DNA of 64,000 nt from Octopus bimaculoides (taxonomy: Eukaryota), in NCBI RefSeq assembly GCF_001194135.2, contig NC_068981.1, positions 22,925,601 through 22,989,600 on the forward strand, read 5' to 3'. The notes below the pieces were generated by a model that saw only the letters and a list, made by a program, of their open reading frames with translations, did not search any database and was not told where the DNA came from. Position numbers and translations under genes: made by a program. Below, piece after piece: positions 26,760-40,706 of the stretch. The first letter of the stretch is position 1. Each line of letters starts with the position of its first letter.

Positions 26760-26905
26760 CTTCAAAGTAGTTGTGTGGTCTTCATTCATTGAGAAACAGA
26801 TTGACTTTGGCTGCAGTATTCTCAAGGGATGCTAACAAGTTTTATACATCATACAGTTGATGATCTGTGAAGGCAAGATCATCAGCATAGTGAAGTTCAG
26901 AGAAA
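26760..26905 (-). mobile_element. Old LINE reverse-transcriptase fragment (RTE-like)
   Basis: SELHYADDLAF...NLLASLENTAAKVNLFLN: YADD motif plus the following helix. Confidence 0.5.
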
Positions 26906-27770
26906 TACATACTCTGCACTAGACACTCCTTAACAGAATTTCCCCTCGCATTGGTTTCATTTTAAGAATGAACCAAAACAGTTTCGATACTGCCACAGAT
27001 CCTTTCCCTTAAAAGAATTATATAAAAGTTAAGAATCTTGACTAAAAGGCATCAATGTTTGGGGATTTTTCCAAGTTACTTGTATCTGATAATGTCATCA
27101 GATTGGCTATGTCACATATTGTGTTGAACTATGGTATTTCGAGTGAGATTATTAAAGTCATCATTATCAATCTCAGAAAATCCATCAAGCTTTGTGTAAA
27201 GTACAGACAGTTCAATTAAAAAGCTTTCAGCAATTTCCATAGTCCCTCAGCGAGAAAGCCTAACTTCTATTCTCTTTCTCATCATAGTGGGTTACATCAT
27301 CAGGCAAAGTTTTGACCCCATCTAAGTTAAAGCCTCACCTTCATGCAGAAGTAATCAACAATGTATATGTTATATATATATTACATTTATATTATATTTG
27401 GTGAACGTGACTGAAATATATTATTATATTAAAATAGTGTTTCATACTAGAAATGTACACACCACTAGAAAACCTGATGCTGTAGAAATGTTGTTTTAAT
27501 TGTGTACACTGAGTTTTTCTACAGTCTGGCAAAATACCATAATACCAGTGAATGTTTTATTCAATTTCCTTTATATCAAGGCATAAATATCATTTAAGCA
27601 GTTGAAAATCAGATGCGTAACATTGACAAGCCTCAACAAAAGTGAAGCATGTCTGTCATTCTTGTGAATCACCATAGTGATAATGTTCACCCCACTCAGA
27701 TATATATATATATTGTGATTTTAACATGACAATATTTTATATGCATTATACACACATACATACATAAACA

Positions 27771-27823
<53 letters not shown>

Positions 27824-30164
27824 GTACACAATGGATTGGTTAGGTGGAAGGGCTTGTGCCTATAGTTTGTGCTGGTACTCCAAGACAAATGACATGAACA
27901 TGGCGAATGTTCTTGGATGACTACAAGTTGATGACCACATTAAAAAAACACTGTAGAAGTCATTATACTTGCTCATGAGAAATGCATTATTACAATCTAC
28001 TTGAAACAATGCTTGCTTCAGATAATTTATATAATTACAATTAATTATTATTAACACTGTTGTTTACTTATTTTCCTAATATTTATTTCTTTAAATTCCT
28101 TCCTTCCTTCCTGATTTTTATCGTTTGCTTTCATTCTGTCTGTTAAGCAGTTCTCCATAAAAGTTTTTAAACCAGTGTGTAACTTCCAAGTTTTATCATA
28201 ACTTTTGTTTTGAAACCAAATATAAACTGGTTTATTGTCTGCATGGTATGTAAATAATGGGAAAATATGAGTTCTACAATTCTTTAAATACGTAATGTTT
28301 TAACTGTAATTTACTTCAGTAATATACAAGATTAACTGCAAGAGTTTGTTAATGATAAATACTTAAGAACTGTAAATTAAGTAAGTAAGATGTTGTGTGT
28401 ACTTAAGGTAGCAAGCGACAGAATCTTTAGAACACCAAGATGCTTAGAGGCATTTCATGACTTAATGTTCTGAGTTCAGATGCCACCGACTTATCCTCAC
28501 AACCCCCAAAACTACTGGCCATGTCCCAATATTGGAAAACAATATGTAGTGTATACTAATGACCAAGTTAATTAACAATAATCAGTATTATGCAGCACAG
28601 AATTTTGTCAGTGAACAGGTCGCGGTCTCAAAGCAACGAAAATATTGTGGCAAATTAAATTTAAATGTTGAAGTGAATCTAATGGTTTTTGTGTGTTTCT
28701 TAAATGGTTTATAAACACTTTCCACACTGCAATTGTTGGAATCAGTATTAAATTTTTTCTTTATCTGTACTGATTAAGCTAAATTTAAAGCGAGTTATTT
28801 TAATATGAAAATTATGAGGATGTCATTTATTGATAGTTGTGTATAAGAATGTGTTTGTGGTAAATGGCATGTTTGTATGTCATCTCAACTAAAGACTAAC
28901 TGTTATTTCAACGTAATCACAAGAGAACTAGCGGTGATTTAAAATTTATAGGAGATATGCTATCACATTGACGCTTTTACCAAACTGGAGTGACCTGATT
29001 GTTCTGTTGGAATTTATATCAAACCCTCCTGCGTTATCTTGCATTTTTTTCAGGCCGTTTGGTGTAAGGGAAGTAACTCTGAAGTCATATTCGGCTGTAT
29101 AAGAATGTGTTCACCATAGTTAATGGGGGTGCACGCAGATCAGCGAGGATCTAAACCAGCGATTCTCAACCGCGGCTCCAAGGGCTGCATGCGGCCCTCG
29201 ACGGTCTTCCCATTTAAATATAATAATTTTTTCTTTAATTGACGTGTTTTTAATTTTTTTTCTGCCCCTCCCCCCATCCAGGTTTTGGATCTGGCCCAGA
29301 TATTAAACGATAACGTGTCTATTCATTTCCTAATACGGTTTTTATTCGCTACAACATTTATAGAAAATCTCTTGTGTTGAGATAATATAATATCGTATCA
29401 ATGTATGATCGAGTAGTTTTTTTATACTGTATTTATGATTATAAGTTGTAAGGTGATAACTATTCATTTGTTGGTATATCTATCATGTAGCCATTAAAAC
29501 GTACATATATATATGTATATATATATATATCATGATCGTTATAAACATATGCTTGTGTGTGTATGCACGTATGTATGATAATAATAATAATAATAATAAT
29601 AATGATAATAATAATGAAATTATTGTATACAGTGCTCAGGTGCACTACAACTTGTCAAAAGTGTGCATAAAGCATATGCAGTATTGTACAAATGTCTGGA
29701 AAGTGAACAGTGTATGAGTCAGATACAAGCTTGCTTGTGTATGGAGGGGAGAAAATCAAGCATGTGTATATATATATATATAGGTGCACGCGTATCTGTG
29801 TAGTTAAGAAGCTCGCTTCCCAACCATACGGTTTCTGGTTCAGTCTCACTGATCAAAGCCTTGACAGTGGATTTAGTTGATGGAGACTGAAAGAAGCCAG
29901 TCATATATGTGTGTTTGTGCTCATGTGTATGCCCATATCTTGACATTACATGATAGTTGTATGCAAGTGCCACCATCATACAAGTGATGTCGTTTGTTTT
30001 CAATCTTCTGTGTAACACATCTGGCCGTGGGTGAATATCACCTTGTTCAGAAACAAGTAAGGGTTGATGACAGGAAAGGCATCCAGCCATAGGAATTCTG
30101 TCTGACCAGTGCAACCATAGAAAAGTGATTGAACCAATTATGATTATATGGCTATATATCTTGC

Positions 30165-30440
30165 TAGTGCCGCCGAACTGGCTCCTGTGCAGGTGGCACG
30201 TAAAATACACCATTTTGAGTGTGGCCGTTGCCAGTACCACCTGACTGGCCTTCGTGCTGGTGGCATGTAAAAGCACCCACTACACTCTCGGAGTGGTTGA
30301 CGTTAGGAAGGGCATCCAGCTGTAGAAACTCTGCCAGATCAGATTGGAGCCTGGTGTAGCCATCTGGTTTCACCAGTCCTCAGTCAAATCGTCCAACCCA
30401 TGCTAGCATGGAAAGCGGACGTTAAACGACGATGATGATA
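30165..30440 (+). mobile_element. 'Family C' retroposon 3' end with (GAT)n tail
   Basis: gtgccggtggcacgtaaaagcacccactacactctcggagtggttggcgttaggaagggcatccagctgtagaaac...catgctagcatggaaagcggacgttaaacgatgatg. Other copies: 7866-8150, 33455-33790, 34843-35040, 36627-36898, 46806-46995 (+); 42426-42580, 47420-47567, 53200-53370, 55245-55425 (-). Variable 5' truncation with a fixed 3' end. Confidence 0.85.
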
Positions 30441-30989
30441 TAAACATAACTGAAAGAAGCTCATCATATGTGTGTGTGTTTGTGTTTCATCATAGCATTG
30501 CATGATAGTTGTAAACGAGTGTCACTATTGTATTAGTGGTGCCAGTCATTTCCAATTTTCTATGAAAACATGTCAAGTCATGGAGACATATTACTTTGCT
30601 GGGACCCAAGTGAGAAGTGGCAACAAGAAAGACACCTAGCTATAGAAAGCCTGCCTCAGCAAGTCCTATCTAACCCATGCAGGCATGGAGAAGTGGATGT
30701 TAAAGTGATAATATTTTGTTTGTATATGTGTGCCTGTGTCTGTCTCTGTGTGCATGTGTATGTGCTCGCGAGGATACAACCTGAAAGTTGTAAATAAAAA
30801 TCACTGTCCTACAAGCAGTGTTGTTCGTTTTTAATCCTCCATGAAAACAAATCCAGCCATAGAGAAACAAGTGAGGATTAGTGACAGGGAGGGCATCCAT
30901 TTGTAGAAAATCTGCCTCAACAAATTTCATCTGACCCTTACAAGCATTTATTATTATTATTATTATTAATATTATTATTATTATTATTA

Positions 30990-32010
30990 TAAGGCAGCGA
31001 GCTGGCAGAATCGTTGGCCAACTTTGTCACTGGGGCCAAGCTTTGCCTTTCATCCTTTTGGTGGGGGTGGGGGCGAAAAATTAAGAACCAGTCAAGTCTT
31101 GGGGTTGATGTGATTAACTATCCCTGTCCCCACCCATTCCAAGCCTTGTGCCTATAGTAGAAAAGATTATTATTATAACTCTTGAAATATGCATACATAC
31201 CTATTACTATTTTTCTATGTTCAATCACATTGTTTACACAGATATATTTGTATATGAAACAAACATTGTAATTTTCAGTGCTGGCATTAAATTCTGTAGA
31301 AAATCTGTAGAGATACACTTAAAAGTGAAAACATCGCACTGCTAACACAAGAAGTATTAAGGTGGTAAGCTGTGCATTCTGTGTTAAAGGTCTGCTGAGG
31401 TTGACTGCCCTTTGTCCTTTCAGGGTTGATGAAATAAGTACCAGTTAAGCCACTGTGGTCAATGCAACTGACCAGCCCCCCCCCCCTCTGCTAAAATTTC
31501 AGGCCTTCTCCCTATAGCAGAATGGATTGTTATTATTATTATCAACAACAATGTTATGATTATTATAAGGCAGCGAGCTGGCAGAAATGTTAGCACGCCG
31601 GGCAAAATGCTTAGCAGTATTTCGTCTGTTTTTACATTCTGAGTTCAAATTCCGCCGAGGTCAGCTTTGCTTTTCATCCTTTTGGGGTCGATAAATTAAT
31701 TATCAGTTGCGTACTGGGGTTGATATAATCTGCTTGCACCCTCTCCAAAAATTTCAGGCCTTGTGCCTAGAGTAGAAAAAAATATTTTAAGGTGGTGAGC
31801 TGGCAGAAACGTTATCACACCAGGTGAAATGTTTAGTGGTATTTCATCTGAGTTCAAATTCCACTCAGGTCGACTTTGCCTTTCATCCTTTTGGGGTCGA
31901 TAAATTAAGTACCAGTTGCATACTGGGATTGATCTAATCGACTGCTCCCCGCCTTCCCAAAAATTTCAGGCCTTGTTCCTAGAGTAGAAAAGACTATTAC
32001 GATTATTATT
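30990..32010 (+). mobile_element. Family B SINE tandem cluster (~4 copies)
   Basis: Same unit starting near 30992, 31365, 31568, 31790, preceded by (ATT)n at ~30948-30990. Confidence 0.85.
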
Positions 32011-35000
32011 TTATCGACTTACTTTCAGAACACAAGTACACTAATCGATTGATTCATAATGTTCACAGAATTGTATAAAAAAGAAAGATAACTGGGTTTT
32101 ATGTGAATGCATATTTTTACAAAACTAAAATTTGTCTTTAACACTGATCTTTAATAGCAATGTTATATGTGTTTATATTTTCTTGTAATAACTTGAAACT
32201 CTAACAAAACTCACTGAGTGGTTGTTGTTTTTTCTTTTAGCTTTTATTTTATCATATATCTCTGAAGAAATGATTATAAATGTTTGTTTACCTGTTAATC
32301 TTATCTATAAAAGGCAGATTTTTCTCTGTGTGTGTGTATGTTTAAAATTCATACATTTACACAATTCCAAATTTCTTGGATTAAAAAATCGGAATTAATA
32401 TTCTAAATACAATAAGTGAGGTCACAGCGTCATTTTTCAGTCAAAGTAACTCTGAATTACGAATAAAATCCATAAAACTACAAAAATTAACATTTTCCCC
32501 TCTAATTATACAAGCATGATGAATGAAGTGAGGAAATTTCACCCGACTTCGTTATCATTCTTTATTCATAATCATCATCCAGCCTCATCCCCATTAGCCC
32601 TACTACCACCATCATCACCATCGTTATCATCAGACATAACAACACTCATTAGTTAAAACAATGGTTTAGTGGTAGAATTATTTTTAAATATATGTAGTCT
32701 TGGGAAAACATAGTTGGCCAGTGTCACTAATAATCAGTGAAATCTGCAAATATGAATAAAATTGTTTAACATTGTGGAAAAGTGTATTCTTATGTTTCAG
32801 AGAGAAAATAAAATAAAATACAATAAATATAACTTATTATGAGCCAGTGACAGAGTCTCTACATGGTCTCCTAACTTGCTAGAAACAGCAGCTAAATCTT
32901 CCTCAAAGTGTACCCCATCTGTCTTTAACAAAAAAATAAAAACAGAAAGGATACATTGAATAACAGTTGTAAATATGCTGCTTGAAATATAAATGGATTG
33001 GTCATGGCTGGAATGACTTTCACCATAAGTTTGTTCATTTGGTGCTCACTTCAGACTAAGCTACAAATTATATTTATGCATCTTATTTGATGATAGACTG
33101 ATTACTATGCATCTTCTAATATATTGATTTTATACAAATGTGTTTGGTAAATTGATTTAGTCACAAGTATGTTACTGGTATTTATTTCAGTATGTTTTCA
33201 ACACAGAAATAAAGAGATATATTAAACTTGACATTTAAAACACCTGATCTAATTCTTTACATTTGTATCATATACTCTCAGTTCTTTGCCAATGATACTA
33301 AAAATAAACAAAATCATATATAAGTCACTTATTATGCTATAACTGTCTAAAGTAGTGGTTCTCAACCATTTTTTACTTTGGGACTATTTGATTCCTATTT
33401 TACTCAGGTGGACTCTCATAGCCGTTCAGTGTTTAAAAAGTTTTATTGTAGTACCTGCTGACTGGTTCTCATGCCGGTGGCATGTAAAAAGCACCAGCCG
33501 AACGTGGCCGGTGCCAGTACCCACTGACTGGCCCCCATGCCAGTGGCATGTAAAAAGCACTATTCGAATGTGATCAATGCCAGGCCCGCCTGACTGGCTC
33601 CTGTGCCGGTGGCATGTAAAAAGCACCCACTACACCCTTGGAGTGGTTGGCATTAGGAAGGACATCCAGCTGTAGAAACATTGCCCAGTCAGATTGGAGC
33701 CTGGTGCAGCTGCTGGCTCTCCAGACCTCAGTCAAACCATCCAACACATGCCAGCATGGAAAACGGATGTTAAACGATGATGATGATAATGATAATGAAT
33801 TAAATATTATTAGGAATTGTATTAAAAAAATTGTGAAAACATTTGGTGTATTGTTGATATATAAGCAATTTNNNNNNNNNNNNNNNNNNNNNNNNNNNNN
33901 NNNNNNNNNNNNNNNNNNNNNNNNNNNNNNNNNNNNNNNNNNNNNNNNNNNNNNNNNNNNNNNNNNNNNNNNNNNNNNNNNNNNNNNNNNNNNNNNNNNN
34001 NNNNNNNNNNNNNNNNNNNNNNNNNNNNNNNNNNNNNNNNNNNNNNNNNNNNNNNNNNNNNNNNNNNNNNNNNNNNNNNNNNNNNNNNNNNNNNNNNNNN
34101 NNNNNNNNNNNNNNNNNNNNNNNNNNNNNNNNNNNNNNNNNNNNNNNNNNNNNNNNNNNNNNNNNNNNNNNNNNNNNNNNNNNNNNNNNNNNNNNNNNNN
34201 NNNNNNNNNNNNNNNNNNNNNNNNNNNNNNNNNNNNNNNNNNNNNNNNNNNNNNNNNNNNNNNNNNNNNNNNNNNNNNNNNNNNNNNNNNNNNNNNNNNN
34301 NNNNNNNNNNNNNNNNNNNNNNNNNNNNNNNNNNNNNNNNNNNNNNNNNNNNNNNNNNNNNNNNNNNNNNNNNNNNNNNNNNNNNNNNNNNNNNNNNNNN
34401 NNNNNNNNNNNNNNNNNNNNNNNNNNNNNNNNNNNNNNNNNNNNNNNNNNNNNNNNNNNNNNNNNNNNNNNNNNNNNNNNNNNNNNNNNNNNNNNNNNNN
34501 NNNNNNNNNNNNNNNNNNNNNNNNNNNNNNNNNNNNNNNNNNNNNNNNNNNNNNNNNNNNNNNNNNNNNNNNNCTAACACTTTGGAATTATTTTGTTTGG
34601 ATTTTGGTTTCTAATAGAATATTTAAGTTGCATATTAATTCAACTAATTCTAAGATGAGGTTTGGTTTGTTGAAGCTACTTAAACTGGATGCTATTAGAA
34701 ACCAGTTCAATGATTAATTTTGTAAAATCATACTGAAAGAATAACAAATTGTGAATAATTAACCAAAAATGTTTTTAGTTTTAATGGATATATGCATGTG
34801 TGTGTGTGTGTGTGTGTGTAAATACTGGTGCTGGTGCCATATAAAAAAAGCACTGGTGCTGGTGCCATATAAAAGGCACTCAGTACACTCTGTAAAGTGG
34901 TTGATGTTAGGAAGGGCATCCAGCTGTAGAAACTATGCCAGAACAGAAGATGGGCCTGGTGCAGTTCCTGACCTTACCAGCTCCTGTCAAACCATCCAAC

Positions 35001-35087
35001 CCATGCCAGCATGGAAAATGGACTTTAAGATGGATATTAAATGAAGATGTATGTATATATATGAGTGTGTGTGTGTATATGTATATA

Positions 35088-35214
35088 CAGGGTGTCCACA
35101 AAGTCTGGGTACATGGAGTAAATAAAATCATAACGTAAACAATTAAATATAAGAAATAATAATTTCTTAAAGTATGTGTTAATCCCCATGTACCCAAACT
35201 TTGTGGACACCCTG
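35088..35214. mobile_element. Tc1/mariner-type MITE (127 bp)
   Basis: TIRs CAGGGTGTCCACAAAGTCTGGGTACATGG / CCATGTACCCAAACTTTGTGGACACCCTG; TA on both sides. Confidence 0.9.
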
Positions 35215-35292
35215 TANNNNNNNNNNTATGTGTTAATCCCCATGTACCCAAACTTTGTGGACACCCTGTATATGTATGTGTGTGTTTGTCTA

Positions 35293-35324
<32 letters not shown>

Positions 35325-35559
35325 GAAAAGAAAAGAAATGATTTTACCTTTAAATTACCTACTACTGTATACCTTATAGCTAGGACTATACATAGTAAGA
35401 TAATACACCAGGATGTCTGCCTATGGATACATCTATCGCTTAGATGGTTGCATAACCTCTAACTTATATTTTGCTTAGTATATATATATATATGTATATA
35501 TCCATTAACAAAATTATATATTGTGTATGTGCATATATACACATGCACACATACATGCA

Positions 35560-35606
<47 letters not shown>

Positions 35607-35636
35607 ATACATGCCTGTGTCTTGTAATATTTGCAG

Positions 35637-35811
35637 GTTGAACGTGAAGATTATTCCCACAAAACTGCTACTCCCATTCCAAGTGTGGACAGTGCTTTGG
35701 AGTCTTGGGGAAGTTCTGGGTTAGAGAGTTTCAATCAGAATTCAAATATACATACCGTTCTTGTGACCAAAAATGGCAGCAGCAGCATAAACCACAGTCC
35801 AGATAAATCAG
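35637..35811 (+). CDS. GRIP1: GRIP-like linker exon with conserved PSVDSA-ESW motif
   Basis: Acceptor atttgcag|GTT, donor TCAG|gtaaga (phase 1). VEREDYSHKTATPIPSVDSALESWGSSGLES... resembles the recalled GRIP PDZ6-7 linker motif PSVDSAVESWDGS. Confidence 0.88.
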
Positions 35812-36022
35812 GTAAGAGACTGTTTATGAGAACTGATAAGCATGCATGTATATCATTTTTTTCAATGTCATATCAATGTTTTGTATATTAGAATTTCTAA
35901 ATTTAGTTTTTAATCTTGCATATGAGCAGATTCTTGAAGCCATAACTTGTGGGTCAGCTGTGTATTAAAAGCATTGGTCAGTGTGTGCAGACAATATATA
36001 TATGTATGTGTGTGTGTGTAAT

Positions 36023-36315
36023 ATACAGGGTGTGATTAATAAACTGCTGTCTAAATTATGCTAAGGTGAAAATATCACTGACATCTCATTCTAACAGATA
36101 TATTTACCAAAATTACATAAAAATATCTTGAAATACTAAAGAGTAAATTTATTCAATAAAATCGCCATTGGCTTCAACCATAGGCCTCCTTCAACCTCCA
36201 GACGACTTCAGAATCTCCTGCAACTCTTCTGGATGGTCTCCTTGTTTAAGTTGGTGAATGCTGCCATAATCCTAGCCTTCAGTTCATCTTTGCTGTTACA
36301 AGGAGTTTTGTTGGG
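36023..36315 (-). mobile_element. Tc1/mariner transposase 3' fragment with TIR, cut by a family A SINE
   Basis: NKTPCNSKDELKARIMAAFTNLNKETIQKSCRRF; terminus ta-cagggtgtg at ~36023. Confidence 0.75.
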
Positions 36316-36959
36316 ACAAACACAGACACACAAACATATACACACACACACATATACATATATACGACGGGCTTCTTTCAGTTTCCGTCTACCAAATCCA
36401 CTCACAAGGCTTTGGTCGGTCCGAGGCTATAGTAGAAGACACTTGCCCAAGGTGCCACACAGTGGAAATGAACCTGGAACCATATGGTTGGTAAGCAAGC
36501 TACTTACCACACAGCCACTCCTGTGCCTATATTAATTGCCTGAAATTAATTTCAATTTTTTAATTAATGGAATTAATGAATTGTTATTTTGTAACATAGT
36601 TTGGTGCTTTATTTATTAAAATGGAATCTGTCCAGGTGGCACATAAAATACACCATTTCGAGCATGGCCGTCGCCAGTACCGCTTGACTGGCCTTTGTGC
36701 CGGTGGCACGTAAAAGCACCCACTACACTCTTGGAGTGGTTGGCGTTAGGAAGGGCATCCAGCTGTAGAAACTCTGCCAGATCAGATTGGAGCCTGGTGT
36801 CGCCTCCTGGTCCACCAGTCCTCAGTCAAATCGTCTAACCCATGCTAGCATGGAAAGCGGACGTTAAACGACGACGACAATGATGATGATGATGATGAAA
36901 GAATTAAATACCGTTTGGCATAATGCATTCTTAACTCGGTGAATTTCTTTTGTTTGCAG

Positions 36960-37585
36960 CCACATTACCAGCTGATTTCCGCAGTTATCCAGATTCCATA
37001 GAGTCATCTTCAGAGGCAGACGGTAGCATGGAAGGCAACTCTACCCATCACCACTACACTGATGATGGATGGCAGGACAATGAGAGCAACCAAAGTTACG
37101 AGGACAGCAGTGATAACGAGAAGGCTGACGAATGGTCAAGGACATGCGATGACCTTGAAAACACTGACACCTCAGAGATGCTACGACAGATAGGCGCAAG
37201 TCTTAGGCAAAGGAGCGTTGCGAGTCTACATAAGATACGATCCCGTGAAGGGAGACGGAAACCAAAGAAAAGCAACTGCCACTGTGCCCAGGGCAACGAT
37301 AGTAACATCAACACCAATTGCCACAATACTAGTAAAGTAGCTTCATCTCATACAAACACATGTACCGATTTAGTACCAGCGACATTCGATGAGCAGGTAC
37401 AAACCATTTTTTCCCCTACCCCAATTGAACTTCACAAGTTTACGATCGTTAAAGAAAATGCCACAGAAGATTTCGGTTTCAGCTTATCAGAAGGAATGTA
37501 TGAAAAGGGAGTGTATATCAGCGCTATTAGGCCTGGAAGTCTGGCAGAGAAATCTGGTCTCTTGCAATATGACCGGATTCTTCAG
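36960..37585 (+). CDS. GRIP1: GRIP-like large exon: acidic linker plus first part of PDZ7
   Basis: Acceptor tttgtttgcag|CC (phase 1), donor CAG|gtatga. Ends SPTPIELHKFTIVKENATEDFGFSLSEGMYEKGVYISAIRPGSLAEKSGLLQYDRILQ, similar to GRIP1 PDZ7 as recalled (PTPVELHKVTL...EDFGFSVADGLLEKGVYV..IRP.G....GL.PYDRLLQV). Confidence 0.95.
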
Positions 37586-37599
37586 GTATGACAATTTTT

Positions 37600-37725
37600 A
37601 AAATGTTTCTTTCCATAAACATTACTTATGTTAGACCCTTTGCTTCCTGTCGAGTATAAACCATCAATGACTTTTCTCTTCTATTCTCAAACCTGGGCTC
37701 TCTTTACTGTTTCGCTCCAGTTGGG

Positions 37726-37763
<38 letters not shown>

Positions 37764-38025
37764 CAGTTTTGCTTTAGTATTCTGCTTCCAGCTAAGTTTA
37801 TTATCATCATCTCTTTTACTCTTTTACTTGTTTCAGTCATTTGACTGTGGCCATGCTGGAGCACTGCCTTTAGTCGAGCAAATCGACCCTAGGACTTCTT
37901 CTTTGTAAGCCTAGTACTTATTATATTGGTCTCTTTTGCCGAACCGCTAAGTTACGGGGATGTAAACACACCAGCATTGGTTGTCAAGCGATGTTGGGGG
38001 GACAAACATATACACACAAACATAT

Positions 38026-38091
<66 letters not shown>

Positions 38092-39107
38092 CGGGCTTCT
38101 TTCAGACAAACACAGACATACACACAGATACATGTATATATACAACGGGCCTCTTTCAGTTTCCGTCTACCAGATTCACTCACAAGGCTTTGGTCGGCCT
38201 GAGGCTATAGTAGAAGACACTTGCCCAAAGTGCCATGCAGTGGGACTGAACCCAGAACCATGTGGTTGGTAAAAAAGTTACTTACCACACAGCCACTCCT
38301 GTGCCTCAGTAAGACAAATGAAAAAATGTTTCTTTCCGTAAACATTACTTATTTAGACCCTTTGCTTCCTGTCGAGTATAAACCATCAATGACTTTTCAC
38401 TTCTGTTCTAAAACTGGGCTCTCTTTACTGTTTCTCTCCAGTTGGGTCTTTTTTTTTTCCAGTTTTGCGTTAGTATTCTGTCTCCAGCTAAGTTTATTAT
38501 CATCCTCTCTTTTACTCTTTTACTTGTTTCAGTCATTTGACTGTGGCCATGTTGGAGCACCGCCTTTTAGTCGAGCAAATCGACCCCAGGACTTATTCTT
38601 TGTAAGCCTAGTACTTATTCTATCAGTCTCTTATGCCGAACCGCTAAGTTACGAGGATGTAAACACACCAGCATCGGTTGTCAAGCGATGATGGGGGGGA
38701 CAAACACAGACACACAAACATATACACACACATACATGTATATATACGACGGGCTTCTTTCAGTTTCCGTCTACCAAATCCACTCACAAGGCTTTGGTCA
38801 GCCCGAGGCTATAGTAGAAGACACTTGCCCAAGGTGCCATGCAGTGGGACTGAACCCAGAACTATGTGGTTCGTAAGCAACCATATATATATATGACGGG
38901 CTTCTTTGAGACAAACACACACACATGTACATACGTATACATACGACGGGCTTCTTTCAGTTTCCGTCTACCAAATCCACTCACAAGGCTTTGGTCAGCC
39001 CGAGGCTATAGTAGAAGACACTTGCCCAAGGTGCCACGCAGTGGGACTGAACCCAGAACCATGTGGTTCATAAGCAACCTACTTACCACATAGCCACTCC
39101 TACGCCT
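37600..39107. repeat. Tandem duplication of ~720 bp (unique intron sequence plus SINE)
   Basis: aaaatgtttctttcc(a/g)taaacattactt...gctaagtttattatcatc occurs at ~37600 and ~38322, each followed by a family A SINE. Confidence 0.88.
37811..39107 (-). mobile_element. Family A SINE copies inside a local tandem duplication
   Basis: Copies at 37811-38306 and 38508-39107; the second has a repeated 5' half. Confidence 0.85.
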
Positions 39108-39114
39108 ATCATCA

Positions 39115-39830
39115 TCATTAGCAGAATCATTAGCACACTGGATGAAACGCTTAGCAGTATTTTGTCTGTCACTTCATTCTGAGTCTCAATTCCGCCGAGG
39201 TTGACTTTGCCTTCCACTCTTTCGGAGTTGATAAATTAAGTACCAGTGAAACGGGGGNNNNNNNNNNNNNNNNNNNNNNNNNNCAACTGGTCCCCTCCCA
39301 GAAAGCCTTGTGCTTATAGTAGAAATGATTATTATTATTATTATTATTATTATTTAGTGAGTTGGACAAAATTCTTAGCAGCTTTTTTTCCGACTCTTTA
39401 CATTCTGAGTTCAAATTCCACCAAGGTTGACTTTGCTTTTCATCCTTTCGGGGTTGATGGTTGATAAAATAAGCACTAGTCAAATACTGGAGTTGATGTA
39501 ATTGATTAAGCCCCTCTCCCTAGAATTGTTGGCCTCATGTCAGAATTTGTAGCATTATTACTATTATTATTACTATTATTATTATTATTATTATTAAGGT
39601 GATGAGCTTGCAGAATCATTAGTATGCCTGACAAGATGCTTAGTGATATTTTTTCGGGCTTTACGTTCTGAGTTCAAATCCTGTTGTGGTCAACTTTGCC
39701 TTTTATCCTTTTGGGAGTTGATAAAATAAGTACCAGTTGGACGCTGAGATTAATGTAATTGACTAACTCCCTACCCTGAAATTGCTGGCCTAGTGCCAAC
39801 ATTTGAAACCATTATTGTTATTATAATTAT
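39115..39830 (+). mobile_element. Family B SINE tandem cluster (3 copies) just upstream of the GRIP terminal exon
   Basis: Units near 39118, 39355, 39597, separated by (ATT)n. Confidence 0.85.
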
Positions 39831-39851
39831 TACCTCTTTTTCTGATTTCAG

Positions 39852-40019
39852 GTGAATAATGTGAAAACTCGAGATTTTGATTGCCGTCTTGTAGTACCAG
39901 TTATTGCTGAGGCTGGCAGCTATCTAGAGTTGGTTGTAAGCCGAAATCCTCTGGCAGACGCATCAAATGAAGGGAGAGCTTATATGTTAAATAATAAGAA
40001 ACCTTTGAAATCTTTATGA
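39852..40019 (+). CDS. GRIP1: GRIP-like terminal coding exon (end of PDZ7, stop TGA)
   Basis: Acceptor ttctgatttcag|GTG (phase 0). [55 protein letters not shown], matching the recalled GRIP1 [35 protein letters not shown]. Confidence 0.95.
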   Translation: MNNVKTRDFDCRLVVPVIAEAGSYLELVVSRNPLADASNEGRAYMLNNKKPLKSL

Positions 40020-40706
40020 AATATAAGAAAAGACTAATTCTATACCAATTTTCAAGGTTTCAGTTTTCATGCCCTCATTTTTTTAAAACATGAAATTCAT
40101 TGAGCTTGCTATGAGATTTTTGGGATTAATCTGTGTGTCTCATACTTTGTACTCCAGGAATATACCGGAAACAATCTAATTTTCAAACCCAGCAAAGAAA
40201 ATGTTTTAGATTGCTAAGTAAATGTGATACAAGCGTGTGTACTGGATTAATCTACACCATACTAAATATATTGTATCATTGCTAAGTAAACATCTGTCAA
40301 AACGAGGAAGGGAATATGTGAGATAATCTTACATATATGTTACTTAACAAACATCCCCGAGAGAGAACGAGAGAGAGAAGTGTGTGTTATTGTTGTTTGT
40401 TTTGTTTATTTTTTTTAATTTTATAAAAAAAATTATTTATTCATCATTTGCCGTTTGGTGAACGTTTAAAGAAATGATTTTACAGGAATCAATCAAAGGA
40501 AGAAATGAAGACAAGATTTTTTTTTTTTTTTTTAATCTTGTAAGAGCAGCAGTAAATCATGTACAGTAATTAAGACCAGAGTTAATTGACTTTGAAAGTA
40601 GCAATAGAAGAGACGGTGCTTACAAGCTAATGACTTAACCAAACTTTCTACACCAGTATTTTTTCATATTCATGTGGGACACTACATGAGTGTGAAAATT
40701 GCTTAA

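Noticed and set aside
29055-29064. tttttttcag|GCCGTTTGGT|gtaagg possible 10-nt exon
   Set aside because: Would shift the frame between two phase-0 junctions; no compensating exon seen.
33455-33625. Repeat-spacer-like pattern (gtggcatgtaaaaagcac x3) resembling a CRISPR array
   Set aside because: Internal tandem units at the 5' side of family C retroposons, also seen at 7866 and 30165. The 'spacers' are similar to each other, the context is eukaryotic and there are no cas genes.
35227-35270. Apparent duplicated MITE end (also the 49681-49790 duplication)
   Set aside because: Identical sequence on both sides of 10-N gaps; unmerged contig overlaps.
38678-39093. Recurring ORFs such as RRASFSFRLPNPLTRLWSARGYSRRHLPKVP / DGLLSVSVYQIHSQGFG
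   Set aside because: Chance frames within family A SINE copies, not a gene family.
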